Assembly (NCBI GenBank): GCA_000934665.2
Contig: KZ538785.1
Span: forward strand, 1-47,529
Source of the DNA: Catajapyx aquilonaris
Lineage: Eukaryota
DNA length: 47,529 nucleotides
Reading direction: 5' to 3'
In this document: positions 12,082-23,707 of the stretch, in pieces
How the letters are laid out: each line of letters opens with the position of its first letter
Position numbering within the stretch: position 1 is the stretch's first letter
The notes under the pieces: model-generated
What the model was told of the DNA's origin: nothing
Databases searched by the model: none
What the model saw: the letters and a program-made list of their open reading frames with translations, nothing else
Program-made: the position numbers and the translations under genes

Positions 12082-13033
12082 CTGAAAGCATAATTATGCA
12101 TATCACATCACATGCAAAATATGAAAAGATTTACATAGGCTACCGGTACTGCAGATTTTTAAGTACCGTACAGTACAGTATATATGTTAGGCTCAAACCC
12201 CTAAAACGGCCATTGGCCGAAAAAAACGACCAGATCTAGGTCTCTGGTGGTTTTCAAACCAGCCTACATGGTATCCTACGTGTACAGTAGAGTAGTAGAC
12301 TATACATAAATTAGGATTGGTTGACATGTTTTCCCCACAAAATTTATAACATTAATTTTGTCATGGGTTTCATTTTGAAAAAAAAAATGAAGAACATGAT
12401 TGTGCCCTGCATTACCACTGAACAGTTTTCCATACAAAGGGATTGCCCATATATTGTCATCCTCCTTCTCTCATTATCCCCACTTGGGTAGGCAGTGCAA
12501 CAAGTTTTTAAGCATGCAGTAAAATAATTTGTTAAGTACTGCTTTTTCCAAAGATATACTCCCAAAAGATCTACTCAGAAATTCAGTCATGAAGAATATA
12601 CAGAGAGAAAAGTAGCAAAAGGTTTTTTCGATTGCACGGGATAGTCGACAATCTCTAAAAATAATAAAAAAATGGCAACATCACTTCCTGCGCCCACTAT
12701 TTCCATCTCATTGTCTTTGAGCATCATGCTACTAATGCCTTCCCCCTCTTGGTAGGTGACATAATATACAACATGTTCATATTGAAATGTTCATAGTGGT
12801 TCAAGAGGGATATTTCACTAATCTGCTCATTAATGTCATTATTCATCAGTTTTTGAACAGATACTTTTAGTCGTTATCAAAAGTTTTAGCTGCTAGTATT
12901 GGGTTAAATAGAAGCATTCCTTCCACCCCTGTTTGAATTGTGTTAGACCCTTTTGTCATAGTGGCATCTGAAGTCAATGGTTATACCAATTTTTCAAAGT
13001 CTAGGAGTAAAGTTAATTCAAAAGTAAGTCGTT

Positions 13034-13318
13034 CAGAGGTTCCCAAACTTTTTGAGTCGGGGAGCACTTTTCAGGAGAGATATCCGTGACGGAGCACTAA
13101 CGTCATTGAGCCGCGTAGGCAGAAAAAATTTCGGGGGGAGGGGGGGGCAACGCCAAATTAGGAAATAAGAAATGNAGGCGAGGGGCGAAAGGCCGCCGCA
13201 GGCGACATTTTTTGGGTTCAAGGTCACACAAGCTACTGAGACATTTGAATGGGTATATATCATTGAAGAATTCCTTTCTTTTCCAACCTCTTCACGGAGC
13301 ACAGTTTGGGAACCTCTG
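13034..13318. mobile_element. hAT (Charlie-like) MITE
   Basis: 16-bp perfect TIRs CAGAGGTTCCCAAACT / AGTTTGGGAACCTCTG. The right flank GTCTAGGT resembles the nTCTAGAn target preference, but the TSD is not matched on the left. Confidence 0.75.
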
Positions 13319-13759
13319 GTCTAGGTCATCCTCCTGCATTAATATTAAAGAATGCACCCATTGAACCTAATATCACGAATATTAATTGCTAGAATTTTAG
13401 ATAATGTTCAAAAGTAGCTGCTTTAAAATAAAATAATAATAATAAATAAATAGCTGTTTAATAATAAGGAACCTAATGGTATACGAAAAGTGGCTTACCA
13501 CTATGGTCAATTCAATTACGAGAAAACAGTGTATACTATTAGTACATAAACGTACTACAGTAACATTTGGGCCCAGCTTTTGAATGACAGATACTCAAAC
13601 TGTGAATTGAATTTACTACTTTCACTCTCCCTTGTGTGGTACACAAGAGTAGGCCTACTCTACCAGATAATAATATTGTATACAATAATTTATCAATTGT
13701 ATAAAATTAAACACACTTAAATATGCTGTATGAACAACAATAATGCAGAGTTAACTCAC

Positions 13760-13903
13760 CCTTTCAAAAATTTCCAAAACAACTGAGACATGGTATTGCG
13801 AAAGGGCTTCATAATTTCTAGGTGACTTTCTGCAAAGGTCCAGCAGTCCATCTCTTGTAACATCATCCTCCAGGTCAAAAGGAGGTGGATAAGGGAGCCA
13901 GTC
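13760..13903 (-). CDS. PEAK1: PEAK1/PRAG1-like coding exon 5 (likely N-terminal SHED helix)
   Basis: Acceptor tcttgtag, donor AGG|gtgagt, 144 nt, phase 0/0. Open frame DWLPYPPPFDLEDD..RNYEALSQYHVSVVLEIFER. Confidence 0.85.
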
Positions 13904-14603
13904 CTACAAGATACACTACATTATATTGTGATAATTTAAAAGTGAAACAAGATTGGTAAATCACGCGAGCATGATTCGAGTAGACTTTTCCTCATTGCCA
14001 AGGAAATTCAAATTTGACAACAACGACCTAGAATGTTGTCAGTCTTATTTATCTTTTCCAAGGAGCCCAAGGAAACTAATGTAGTAGGCCTAATGTATAT
14101 GTTAATCCGCATGTAGTCGTTTTGAGCTTGGAGGATAGACTGAACCCGAAAAACCGAAAGACTGGCCGGTCACCAGAAGTTGACCATGAAACCTATTTAG
14201 GGTTCGCTGAATCCAAATTCGAAAAACGTTTGTCGCTATGTCTTACGGTTTAGGCCTTGATACCTGTCCACAGACAGACGCAGAAAAAGTCTAAAATGGC
14301 AACTCATATTACGACAGTGACACAGCATGGTCAGAAACTTTTCAGTAGGAACAGAACGAGTGCATCAGAATTTCATGTATAACTCAGTCAAGTACTGTAG
14401 TTGCTTCATGATCATCGTAAAAAATAGCCAGTAAAATACTTACTCTACACTATAGGCCTATGAGTAACTTAGCACACTTTATGTAATAAATTCATATTAT
14501 CCTTATGAATAGGATGTCAGATACTACAGACACATATGTATTTTAGTGAGAATTAAACATTGAATTTCACTGTGTGGGTTAAGGAAAGGTAGGAAGTGAT
14601 CAC

Positions 14604-14674
14604 TGCCCCACTGGGAATCGAACCCAGGACTGACCCCACATATAGTGAGCGCTCTACCACTGAGCTATGGGGAC
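14604..14674 (-). mobile_element. Degenerate tRNA-like sequence (SINE head or tRNA pseudogene)
   Basis: A box TAGCTCAGTGGTAGAGC, B box/T arm CTGGGTTCGATTCCCAG and a near-complete acceptor stem, but only a 5-nt anticodon loop (TATAT). Confidence 0.7.
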
Positions 14675-14792
14675 TTCATTGTGAAAGGAAAAGGACTCCA
14701 CAGTCACATTAGAAAGACTCTTCTTCAGTGATCTTGAATGTGATTCAGTCCATACTGACACATATTACCTACGTGATGAAATTTACACTCAC

Positions 14793-14950
14793 CTTACTGT
14801 CAGAATTTTCATTTTCACCGAGCAACTTTCCAGATTCATCATATAATGGTTGCTTTGGAGCCTGGCGTTTCACAACAATGTCATGATTGGACTCTTTCAA
14901 GCTGGAACTTCTCTGGGGCTTTGAAGGGGCAAGAGTTGACCGGATTTCAC
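14793..14950 (-). CDS. PEAK1: PEAK1/PRAG1-like coding exon 4
   Basis: Acceptor tttttctcag, donor AAG|gtgagt, 158 nt (phase 1 to 0). Encodes GEIRSTLAPSKPQRSSSLKE..KRQAPKQPLYDE..DSK. Confidence 0.87.
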
Positions 14951-15213
14951 CTGAGAAAAATGGACGTCAAAGTCATCTCAGCCACAAATGATCGCGACGA
15001 GGAATAGCAGTTTTTGCGTCATTTGAAGGAAAGACACTGACAGGAATAGGTAAATACATGAGTTCATTTTTTCATTCATTCAGTCATGGCACTATGCCAA
15101 GATAGGGTTACCAGCAATAAATACATGAGTAGTCAGTAAAAAGTTAACATTTTAAATCAGCTTTCTCACTATACAAATGGTGCTACATACAATATAAGAA
15201 AAGGTAGGCCTAC

Positions 15214-15357
15214 CTATGTTTGCATATACGCTGCTGTCAAACGTAGCCATGGCAGTTTTGTGCTCGGTGTGTGACGCAGACAGTTTTTGAAGCACTGGTG
15301 GCTTTGGTGGAGGAGGTCTTGGCGGTGGAGAGGGTTTATCTCCTTTCACTAGAAGCT
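15214..15357 (-). CDS. PEAK1: PEAK1/PRAG1-like coding exon 3 (proline-rich, YAN motif)
   Basis: Acceptor tgttcag, donor G|gtaggc, 144 nt, phase 1/1. Encodes KLLVKGDKPSPPPRPPPPKPP..SVYANIG. Confidence 0.87.
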
Positions 15358-16061
15358 CTGAACACGAAAATGCAGCATTACTTACATTGTTTCGGCTTTT
15401 GTTGTTAATTTTTCTTAAGTCAGTTTGGGATGTGTATAAGTCTTATTAACTGAGGATATTCCTGCAGAAGTGGTTCCAGTCACAAGCAGGAGGCATAGGC
15501 ATTTAAAACAACACCTGTCACATTGAGAAAGTTTGGAGTAAAAGGCAGTAAATAACATTTCCCTGTTTCTAAATATAATTTAGCTTTCAGTTTCTTTTAT
15601 CTGAGGAATAAATCAGCCATTACACCAAATATTATCATGGCACCACCATTAGAGCAAATCCTTGGAACCTATGGGTCCGAGGCAGCGCCGGCGCAGGGGN
15701 GGGGGGGGGGCGAGCGGGGTTGTAACAGTTGTAACTATTTATTAAAGGTACGATTGTTATGAAATTAACGTGTATTTTCGACTTGAATTAACAATAACCT
15801 ACAGAAATTAGTTGCAATTTTCCAATTGCTGAAGCGATACGGGGCCCCTACAAGTTCAGTAGCTACTTATTATCGGCAAATGACAGCAAGTTGATTAAAA
15901 GTGGTGCGCAGGAACTTGTGAAAAAAATATCAACTTCTGCATAAAACTAAAAAACTAAAATTGGAACAAACGCCTTTATACAACACACATTTAAACCACT
16001 TTTTCAGGAACCCACTATGTTGGCATGAGCCATATTTCGGAGTAATCATACATGAACTTAC

Positions 16062-16122
16062 TTGCTCCTAATGGATGATGGACGTAACTTTTTCCCTCTG
16101 CAACGCCAATGCTTTCATTTCC
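16062..16122 (-). CDS. PEAK1: PEAK1/PRAG1-like coding exon 2 (61-nt mini-exon)
   Basis: Acceptor tctttacag, donor A|gtaagt, open frame GNESIGVAEGKSYVHHPLGA. It supplies the phase 0 to 1 change needed between the flanking exons. Confidence 0.8.
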
Positions 16123-16547
16123 CTGTAAAGATAAAGCATTTTAAAACTTCGTCCTCATCCAATATCTCCGAGTACCGGTATTCACAACATGCAGCAACTG
16201 ACTTTCAACAGTGTGATAAAGGAGAGCGAGAGAGAGTCACATGAAACTTAAAAAGGAAAATGTATTAATGGATAGACGGACCCAAGCGATTTTGACATAG
16301 CTCACGACATGTTCGCTGTTTCGCGGCCCCCTGGGAGAGACCATTTTTGCATTAGTCAATATTTGAGTTTCGGATACATGAATGGGAATGGGATGGATGA
16401 GACTGTTTCACAAAATAATGAGCAACTCTCGAGTCAAACTTGAGATTTTTAATTTAACAAATTTTAAACCCCGTTAGAGAGAACTCTGAGCCCTTCTTGT
16501 GGGTGGAATGCCACCATTTTATACAATTTTTTCTAGTTTTTCTTCGA

Positions 16548-16960
16548 TCACCGTGCAAGGACTTGAGGACGCAGGGTAAGGATAGGTGTTTTTGGGGAGG
16601 AGGCACAGGTGCAAGTGCATTGTCGGAATATATTGGGTCAAGTGCAGTCTCCCCCCTGGCGGTCCCGGGTCTAATACCTACGGAAAAAATACCAGACGGG
16701 ATAAAATACCGACGGGAAAAAAGTGGAAAGGTATATGTTCTTTGTATATTTTCGATAATAAAGCTGTCGGAAATTTATTCTGTCTGTATTATGTCTTTCG
16801 GTATTACGTACCAGACCCACCTCCAGCTCCCTGGAGGTAGGTTGCCAGACGCCTCCAAGACGCTGCTGGTCAGAGACCCTCCCGACGCAAGAGAAAGGGA
16901 ACTCCCGGGTTAGGATCGAACCCGGAACCTTTCGATCAGAAAACCACCACGTCTCCCCCA
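16548..16960 (-). mobile_element. tRNA-derived SINE interrupted by a small inverted-repeat element (about 16668-16818)
   Basis: B box GGTTCGATCC on the minus strand. The body (GGAGGCGTCTGGCAACCTA..GACAATGCACTTGCACC..CTCCCCAAAAA..TCCTTGCAC) is similar to the SINE at 45461. Confidence 0.75.
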
Positions 16961-17911
16961 AACTTGAGATATAGTGACGCCATAGTATAATGTATCTCAA
17001 TATCGCGGTTTACAATTGCGCGTCTAATCCAAGTGGTTTAATACAGCACGCTTAAAGAATATTGTCACAAATTGCCTCAAAAAGAGAGCTCGCGTAATTT
17101 TATTTCAAGAAGTGAAATAGGGCTGAGTGCAGAGTGCACGTTGGTGTGCAAAATTATGCAACAAAGTGACGAGTGGAGTAATTTTATTGCAGCTCACAGA
17201 TGCAGCTGAGAATGAGGTCATCAACGTCATAAAATTTTACATATCCTATATAGGCACAAACGGCAGGTTAATCTATCCACTACGTATTTTTAAGCCTTCT
17301 GACGTCATGCTTGACAGAAGATTTTTAACAGGCCGTTGTGCCTTATTTGGACAATGCTGAATGAGGCCTACATAGTGACAGTTCTAATTTTGAAAAGCAG
17401 CAGTTGTGAAACACAGGAAAAAGCGAGCTATCCCACGCACATGCTTCATTTGTCTAATATTGAATGCAAGATTGAATGTGTATAAAATATTCTGGGCATA
17501 AAAAATGTGCAGCACAGATTGTTACCATATTGGATTTAGGTTGTAAAGTCATGATGTGAGCTAACCCTGCATTGCTGTACACAACAACCCGACAGTGTAC
17601 ACTACTGTATACAACGCAAAACTCAATGCCCGCCAAAATACAAGTCAGCACCATTCACTATCACGAGAACCACCTGAACATTCCAAAGAGAAATTTAGAA
17701 TGATTTTGAGATTGCCAGTAACATGACAAGGGACAAGGTGCTGGCCATCAGGCTCGCGCAATAGAAACTAGACTTCGGTAGAGGAAGACTGAAGCCATGG
17801 TAATGATCGAAATGACCAATTTTATGTATCAGCCACTGAGGGCGCGTTGTAAGAAAGAAAATGACGGAAAAATCCGATTATGCCGGATTATGCATTGTGA
17901 ATACATAATAT

Positions 17912-18169
17912 GAGGTGCTGACATGGAAAGGGGCGTAAGTCACAATGAGAAATGTCCCACAAAAAGAAAAAAAGTAGCCTCCATTTAAATGTTAAACTCA
18001 TAAGCTGCTTTTACTTTGACTTTTCATGACTTTGTGTAACAAATCCAACAATAAGAAATATTTTGTGTGATAAAATATGCTTTACGGTGTTCTCAAAACT
18101 GTTTTTTTTTGCCTAGCGCTTGTAAAAAAAATCATTTGTGACTTACGCCCTTTCCCATGTCAACGGCTC
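17912..18169. mobile_element. MITE with about 34-bp imperfect TIRs (GAG..CTC, Sola-like)
   Basis: GAGGTGCTGACATGGAAAGGGGCGTAAGTCACAA / TTGTGACTTACGCCCTTTCCCATGTCAACGGCTC with AT-rich flanks; no exact TSD. Confidence 0.65.
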
Positions 18170-18303
18170 AATTTGAGTTTTTTCTAATTTTTCTCTATGC
18201 AACCAGCCTATCAGTGGATTCACATATTGCTCGCTAAATCTGAACTTTCATGAAATTGATGCTGCCACATTAGATTTTTTTTTGTTTGTTTTTTGTTTAG
18301 ATA

Positions 18304-18690
18304 TACCCCGTGCTAGAGCCATGGGCTCTCTTAGGGGAGTGGAATACCACTATGTGCAGGGACAGGGTGGGGATAGGAGGGGGGGACACTGGTGCATGTG
18401 CAATGTCATCAAGTTGGGGGTCGTGTGCAGTCCCTCAGGGGGCCCGTTCGCCAAGATGACCCCCTAGATGCGAGTTAGAAACCCCCGACTAACCCGCACC
18501 TCCTCCAGGACAGGGAAAGGAAGGAAGCGGCTGTGGCCTATTTTACGGTACGATCCCGGAAATTATTCCTGGGGCGACCTTGGAAAACCACAGAAAACCA
18601 AGGTCAGGACCGCCGGCCTCCGGGACTCGAACCCAGGACCTCCCGATTAGCAGTCGGATACCAAATCCCCTCCGCCACTACTGCTTCGGT
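18304..18690 (-). mobile_element. tRNA-derived SINE with an Lm1/Talua-like central domain
   Basis: Head TCCGACTGCTAATCGGGAGGTCCTGGGTTCGAGTCCC and central GGTTTTCTGTGGTTTTCC..AGGCCACAGCCGCTTCCTTCC, both closely similar to the copy at 34772. Confidence 0.85.
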
Positions 18691-19395
18691 CTGCCACATT
18701 AGTTTTCTTCATCCATAGCTCATTTGAAGGGTTGCCACCGCTGTGCAACCAGTATTTTGCAATCATCAATAAGTTTTGCGGCCTGTTTATGGAAGCGAAG
18801 TGAAAAGTTATGCTTGCACTAGGGTATATTATCAATAGGGTATTATCAGAGATAGCCTTCTTCATTTGCATTATTTTATACAATTTGTTCGCAGTGAATA
18901 ATTTACAAAATTGTACAGCACATACCAAAGCCAGAGTAGTTACAATTCAAATTAAATTAAATTAAATTATTTTTAAAATGCAGAAATAGTTTTCCCAGTC
19001 TTTTCTGTGGATAAAACAGACAAATTGCAACGAATAGTGTCAAGAAAATCTGTATGAGACCATTTGCCACCAAGCACAAATATTTTTCCTGAGAAAGATG
19101 CAAATTATTGTGAATTACATAAGGGAAAGCTAGAATTGTAAAAAGGTGACAATTCAAATGCATAGGTCAAAATACCGTATTATGATATTGCATTTTTTTA
19201 AACTTCAAATGGCCACAGGAAGATTTTGAAGAGCGATTCCAATTTTTGCGCTGTATCCTGCTCTCGAAAATATATTACCATTTAATGAAATTGAAGAGAG
19301 TTCCTACTGCCATGCCCCATACTACACGGTGAAGGAAGATTAGTATTGTGCAATCATTTACATCAATAATACAGTATTATTTTAATGAATGACAT

Positions 19396-19542
19396 GTATC
19401 ATCAGTTGAAAAAGAATTGTCCCAGTCATCCTGATGTGTGTGCTGCCCGCTCGACACACACCATGTAACTTACATGGTGTGTGTCGAGCGGCCAGCCCAC
19501 ACGTCAGGATGACTGGGACAGTTCTTTTTCAACTGATGATAC
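19396..19542. repeat. Near-perfect 147-bp palindrome
   Basis: Two 73-bp arms with 4 mismatches around a 1-nt centre (19469); no TSD. Confidence 0.95.
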
Positions 19543-19655
19543 CTTGAAATATTGGTGTGCAACTACCATTGCTATAAAAATTAATATTAAAATTCACGCA
19601 CATTCTGGCTAATTCCCACAGTCCTCTGACGTTGAAAAACTGCAATTTCGTAATA

Positions 19656-19922
19656 CAGGGTGTTCCAGATTCGTGGGTCACGTTTTGATTACTGATATCG
19701 CCCGATTGCAGTTATGTTTTGTAGCTTGTTGTGCCCCTAACAATGTGCTCCATTCTATAGCTCCTGCTATATTCTACCCCCAATGGGTCGAATATAGCAG
19801 TAGTTATAGAATGGGGCACATCGTTAGGGGCACATGGTTAGGGGCACAACAAGGTACAAAAAATAGCTGCAATCGGGCTTTATCAGTTATCAAAAAGTGA
19901 CCTACTAATTTGGAACACCCTG
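19656..19922. mobile_element. Tc1/mariner-type foldback MITE
   Basis: TA|CAGGGTGTTCCA..TGGAACACCCTG|TA; the arms pair over nearly the whole length. Confidence 0.88.
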
Positions 19923-20049
19923 TATTTTGGCCACTGTATTCCATATAATGTAATAATGTAATAAATGTTTTGTAATTCTAGCTTTCTGTTTTTCATTGAC
20001 ACTATTTTGCACCTTCCCTATCAAAAATCTCTGTGTCCATAGTCAAATA

Positions 20050-20402
20050 GGGGCCGGGCCGTCCATAATCCGCGCGGACAGATTTGTTCACTTTTTTACC
20101 TCCCCCCCCTCCCCTTTGCGGACAGAAGCGGACAATTTCTTACCTCCCCCCCTAAAAATTGCGCGGACATGGCCTCCTTGACCCCCCCCCCCTGCCCCCG
20201 CTTCNNNNNNNNNNNNNNNNNNNNNNNNNNNNNNNNNNNNNNNNNNNNNNNNNNNNNNNNNNNNNNNNNNNNNNNNNNNNNNNNNNNNNNNNNNNNNNNN
20301 NNNNNNNNNNNNNNNNNNNNNNNNNNNNNNNNNNNNNNNNNNNNNNNNNNNNNNNNNCCCCCCTCCCCCCTTCACTTGTCCGCGCGGATTATGGACGGCC
20401 CC
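20050..20402. mobile_element. PIF/Harbinger-like MITE spanning the assembly gap
   Basis: TIR GGGCCGTCCATAATCCGCGCGGACA / TGTCCGCGCGGATTATGGACGGCCCC, with ATA on both flanks (20047-20049, 20403-20405). Confidence 0.75.
20205..20357. other. Assembly gap (N run)
   Basis: Run of N between C-rich tracts. Confidence 1.
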
Positions 20403-20689
20403 ATAGATTCCCTACAATTCAGCTGTTAGTTGTTAGCCTCCTGTGTGACTTTCAGTTCCAGATTTTCATTAATTAGTGAACTTCGACAACAGATTTGTCT
20501 TTTTTATTTAATAGGCCTATTGCAGGACCCATGCTTAGTTAAGCAACTTATCCTAAGAATTCATGTGGAATACACAATGTTAATCTCGAAGCAGATCCTT
20601 GATATGAAATATCAAGCTTATATTCAGATGTGTTATCCACTCATAAAAACAAAGTCTAGAAAAGTGTGGATGAAGGAAGCAACGCTTAC

Positions 20690-22963
20690 CTGCAATGAAT
20701 CTCCAAGGTCTCCAGATGACTTCCTCCTCCGTGCATGAGGCCCCAACTGTTCCACACTGCTGTTTGTACTACTAGATGTTTCTGATTTTATAGACGATGA
20801 ATCCGCCTCAGCAAACCCACTGGAATTTCTGTTCCTCTGAGGAGTTCTGGAAAATGCTCTCATTGTCGGAATAATTTCAACGCCATTCTGATGCAAGTCT
20901 AATGGGTGAATAATCTGCAATCGGGGTTTAATGCGTTCTTCAGGTGTTGATGGCTCTGGATGTTCTTCCGCTTTGCCAAACCGCAAGAGACGTTTCACAC
21001 TGAAAAATTTGACCTTCTTTTTCTGTGGAGTCGAACCGTCTTCTTTGCTTAGATTTTCAGTGGAAACACAAGAAGGAAATATCACACCATCAAAAAATTC
21101 CTTTGTATTTGAGGAAGGTGGAGTATCACGTCGCAATAATAGACTGCCATTGCTATTATCAGCAGCAGGATTTATCGATGCATCTGGCGCATAAGGCTGA
21201 AATGTTTCTACGCTGGTTCTCTTATTAGTGAGTGTTGGTGGCTGTGGTGCTGGACGCTTATTGCTAACTTTCTGCGTACGACTAAGGTTCTTCTCCAATT
21301 CTTGAGCATCGGCACCAGGTGATATATTGCATGTGGCATAGTGACCAGATGCACCGGTCTCAGTGTCAATTGGAATTTGCGGTGTACAAGGTTTGTCATC
21401 TTCAGGCTCAGGTTCATTGGCTGTGACCGTACTGACATTTTGTTGTGAAACAGTCTCTTCAACAGTCTGTACTTCATTGTTATTCTCGATTACTTGTGCA
21501 ACTTCTGTCGTTTGAGACTCTGGCAGTGGTGATCTTTTCCCTCTGCCATGGGATCCCGGAATAATTTTTGGCTTAAAAGGCACTTTTGGTTTCTCCTTAC
21601 TAATAGGAGTTTGTCTGTTCAGGCTATGTGAAACAGTTTTAGCAGGTTTGTCACCTTGGCACGTGTCATCACATTTATCTTCGTCAGAAGCAGCACTTTC
21701 CTGTGTACCTTCCTCCACATCATTGAGCACATTGCCATGTAAAAAGGAAGATCGAGGTACAAATGGTTTGGGTTTTAGTTCTGGTTTAACTTTTGCATCC
21801 GACGGTGATACAAAAAACTGTACAATTTCGGGCTCGGATGGAGGCGACGGAGGAGGGTTTGTTGGAAGTGGTGGAGGTACATCGGCTGAAGAAACATCTG
21901 TCGCGGGAATCTTCACTTCACCCTCTGGTTTGCTGGGGAAGTCTGTGATACACACTACTTCATCATCTGAACCTTCCTTATTTGAGCTCCTTTCTGAGAT
22001 AGTTTCCTCTGTGGCTGCAGTTTTGTCAGGAAGAGTTGGCTGTTGGACATTCTTTCTCTCCGGACCTACCATACTGGCCTGTTCTTCTTCAGAAAACTGT
22101 CCTTGGAATGGCTGAATTATGACACGTGGTGGAGATGGTTTGGCATGGTTTTCAAACCCGGATGGAACATGACTGGACGACTTGAGCAAATCACTACATT
22201 TCTTGGCATTGGATGACAAATGCTGAGGGAGCAAAAACAAGTTGTTCAAATTGGCATTATAATTAGTGTTCTTTTTGGTCAACATTGCCAGTGTTTCTTC
22301 TTCAGAGGTAAGAATTAAACCGGTATCTTCGTCATCACTGATGGAATCCTCATCGTCCGACGATAAGATTCCTGAATCCCCACCCTCGCCAATTACTTCA
22401 AATTCATTCGAGGTGAAGCTTACAGAAGGTTTTCGTTTCGCCTTTTCAGAAGATTCGCACTTCAAGATTCCCACAATCTTGCCGTTTTCCCTCACTGATT
22501 TTGAGTCTGTGCAATCTTCTGAAGGCAAACTTGCTAATTCTGTGATTCCAACATTTTTGGCCTCGGGAGAATTTGCAATATTCATTTCGTATTCTACCGC
22601 ATCAACTTCTGTGCAACCTGAATTTTGTGGCTCCATCTTAGCAATAGGAACTTCTGAACATTCTTTGTTCAAATGGCCTGTCACTATCCAAGCCTTTTCT
22701 TTTCCTATGACCTCTCTATGCATGGCTGGAGAGTTTACGTCGTATTTACAAGGCTTCTTTAATAATGTCAAATGACTGGAATATGTAAAACAGGCAGTCA
22801 GGTTATCGCCATTACTGCCAGTCTCTGTGGGAGCAATTCTGTGGTGCTCAGTAATATGCCGAAAACAGTTTGCGCACAAGTCTTTCTTCCAGCTGTTTGC
22901 AGCAAATGCTTTGCAACTGAGGGGTACAATCAGTTCATCAGGTTCTTTTTTTGCAAACGTCAT
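20690..22963 (-). CDS. PEAK1: PEAK1/PRAG1-like first coding exon (N-terminal Cys/His motif plus long disordered region)
   Basis: First in-frame ATG at 22963, after an upstream in-frame TGA (the ORF-track start at 23059 is GTG). SCKAFAANSWKKDLCANCFRHITEH matches the PEAK1/PRAG1 N-terminus (C..F..W-K...C-x-NCF.....H). Many PxxP motifs. Donor CAG|gtaagc, phase 0. Confidence 0.92.
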
Positions 22964-23287
22964 CTGCTGCTTGGCCTCTTGCTCACCATCAGAAAAGTCC
23001 TTATTTTCAGTCCTGAAAAGACCGGCCAAAACATGCCCATTACCAAGCGAGCCAGACACAGCAATAATATGTTTTCATGACACGAGTACCAAGTGTGATA
23101 TTATGGTCATCTCTCATCATGACACAGAAAATAAAATGAACCTGACATGACTGTTATTTACCTTTCGTGCATTCTGAGATGCCCCAGTGTTCCCCAGAAG
23201 CAATAGATGAAAACTTTTAATCCAGATGTGTTGCCTGTCAAATGGCCCTGTTTTTCATATTTTCCTGTCAGCAAGATTGTGGGTCAC
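22964..23287 (-). other. Probable 5' UTR part of the large exon
   Basis: Strong acceptor tccttatttgcag at 23288-23289. An alternative acceptor gtcttttcag would start the exon at 23012. Confidence 0.55.
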
Positions 23288-23707
23288 CTGCAAATAAGGA
23301 CCAAAGACGTTTTTAAGTACCAGGTTCTCTGAAAATATGTACTGCATAGCAGAAATAAGCTGCATGGTATATGAAAATATATGGTGTTCCTTCTGCATTG
23401 TACAGTATAATACAGGAATAGGACAAAACATTTCAGTTATTTATGGAGTACCAGTATACGTGAACAAAAGAACAGAGTTCAGTTCAAAAAATATTATTTT
23501 CATGTTATGTATTGCATAGGCCGCCTCAAGGTGGACATGCCAGATTTGTCATCATGTCATATAGGAAAGCAAAAGTATCTTATTTTAAAAACTAACCTGG
23601 TTAAGCGTAAGCTTATTCAGTGATAACTATTAATTAATTACAAGGATTCACATTTCTGGAATGAGGAGCATTCATATCTCCTTCTCATTCTTTACACCTG
23701 TCCATTT

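Noticed and set aside
14604..14674. Functional tRNA gene
   Set aside because: The anticodon loop is only 5 nt and the acceptor stem end is mismatched.
22964..23059. ORF-track start at 23059 and read-through end at 20633
   Set aside because: The start codon is GTG and the first ATG is at 22963. The 3' tail 20633-20689 lies beyond a consensus splice donor.
20931..23150. Plus-strand ORFs overlapping the large exon
   Set aside because: Antisense shadows of the coding exon, low complexity, with no recognisable domain.
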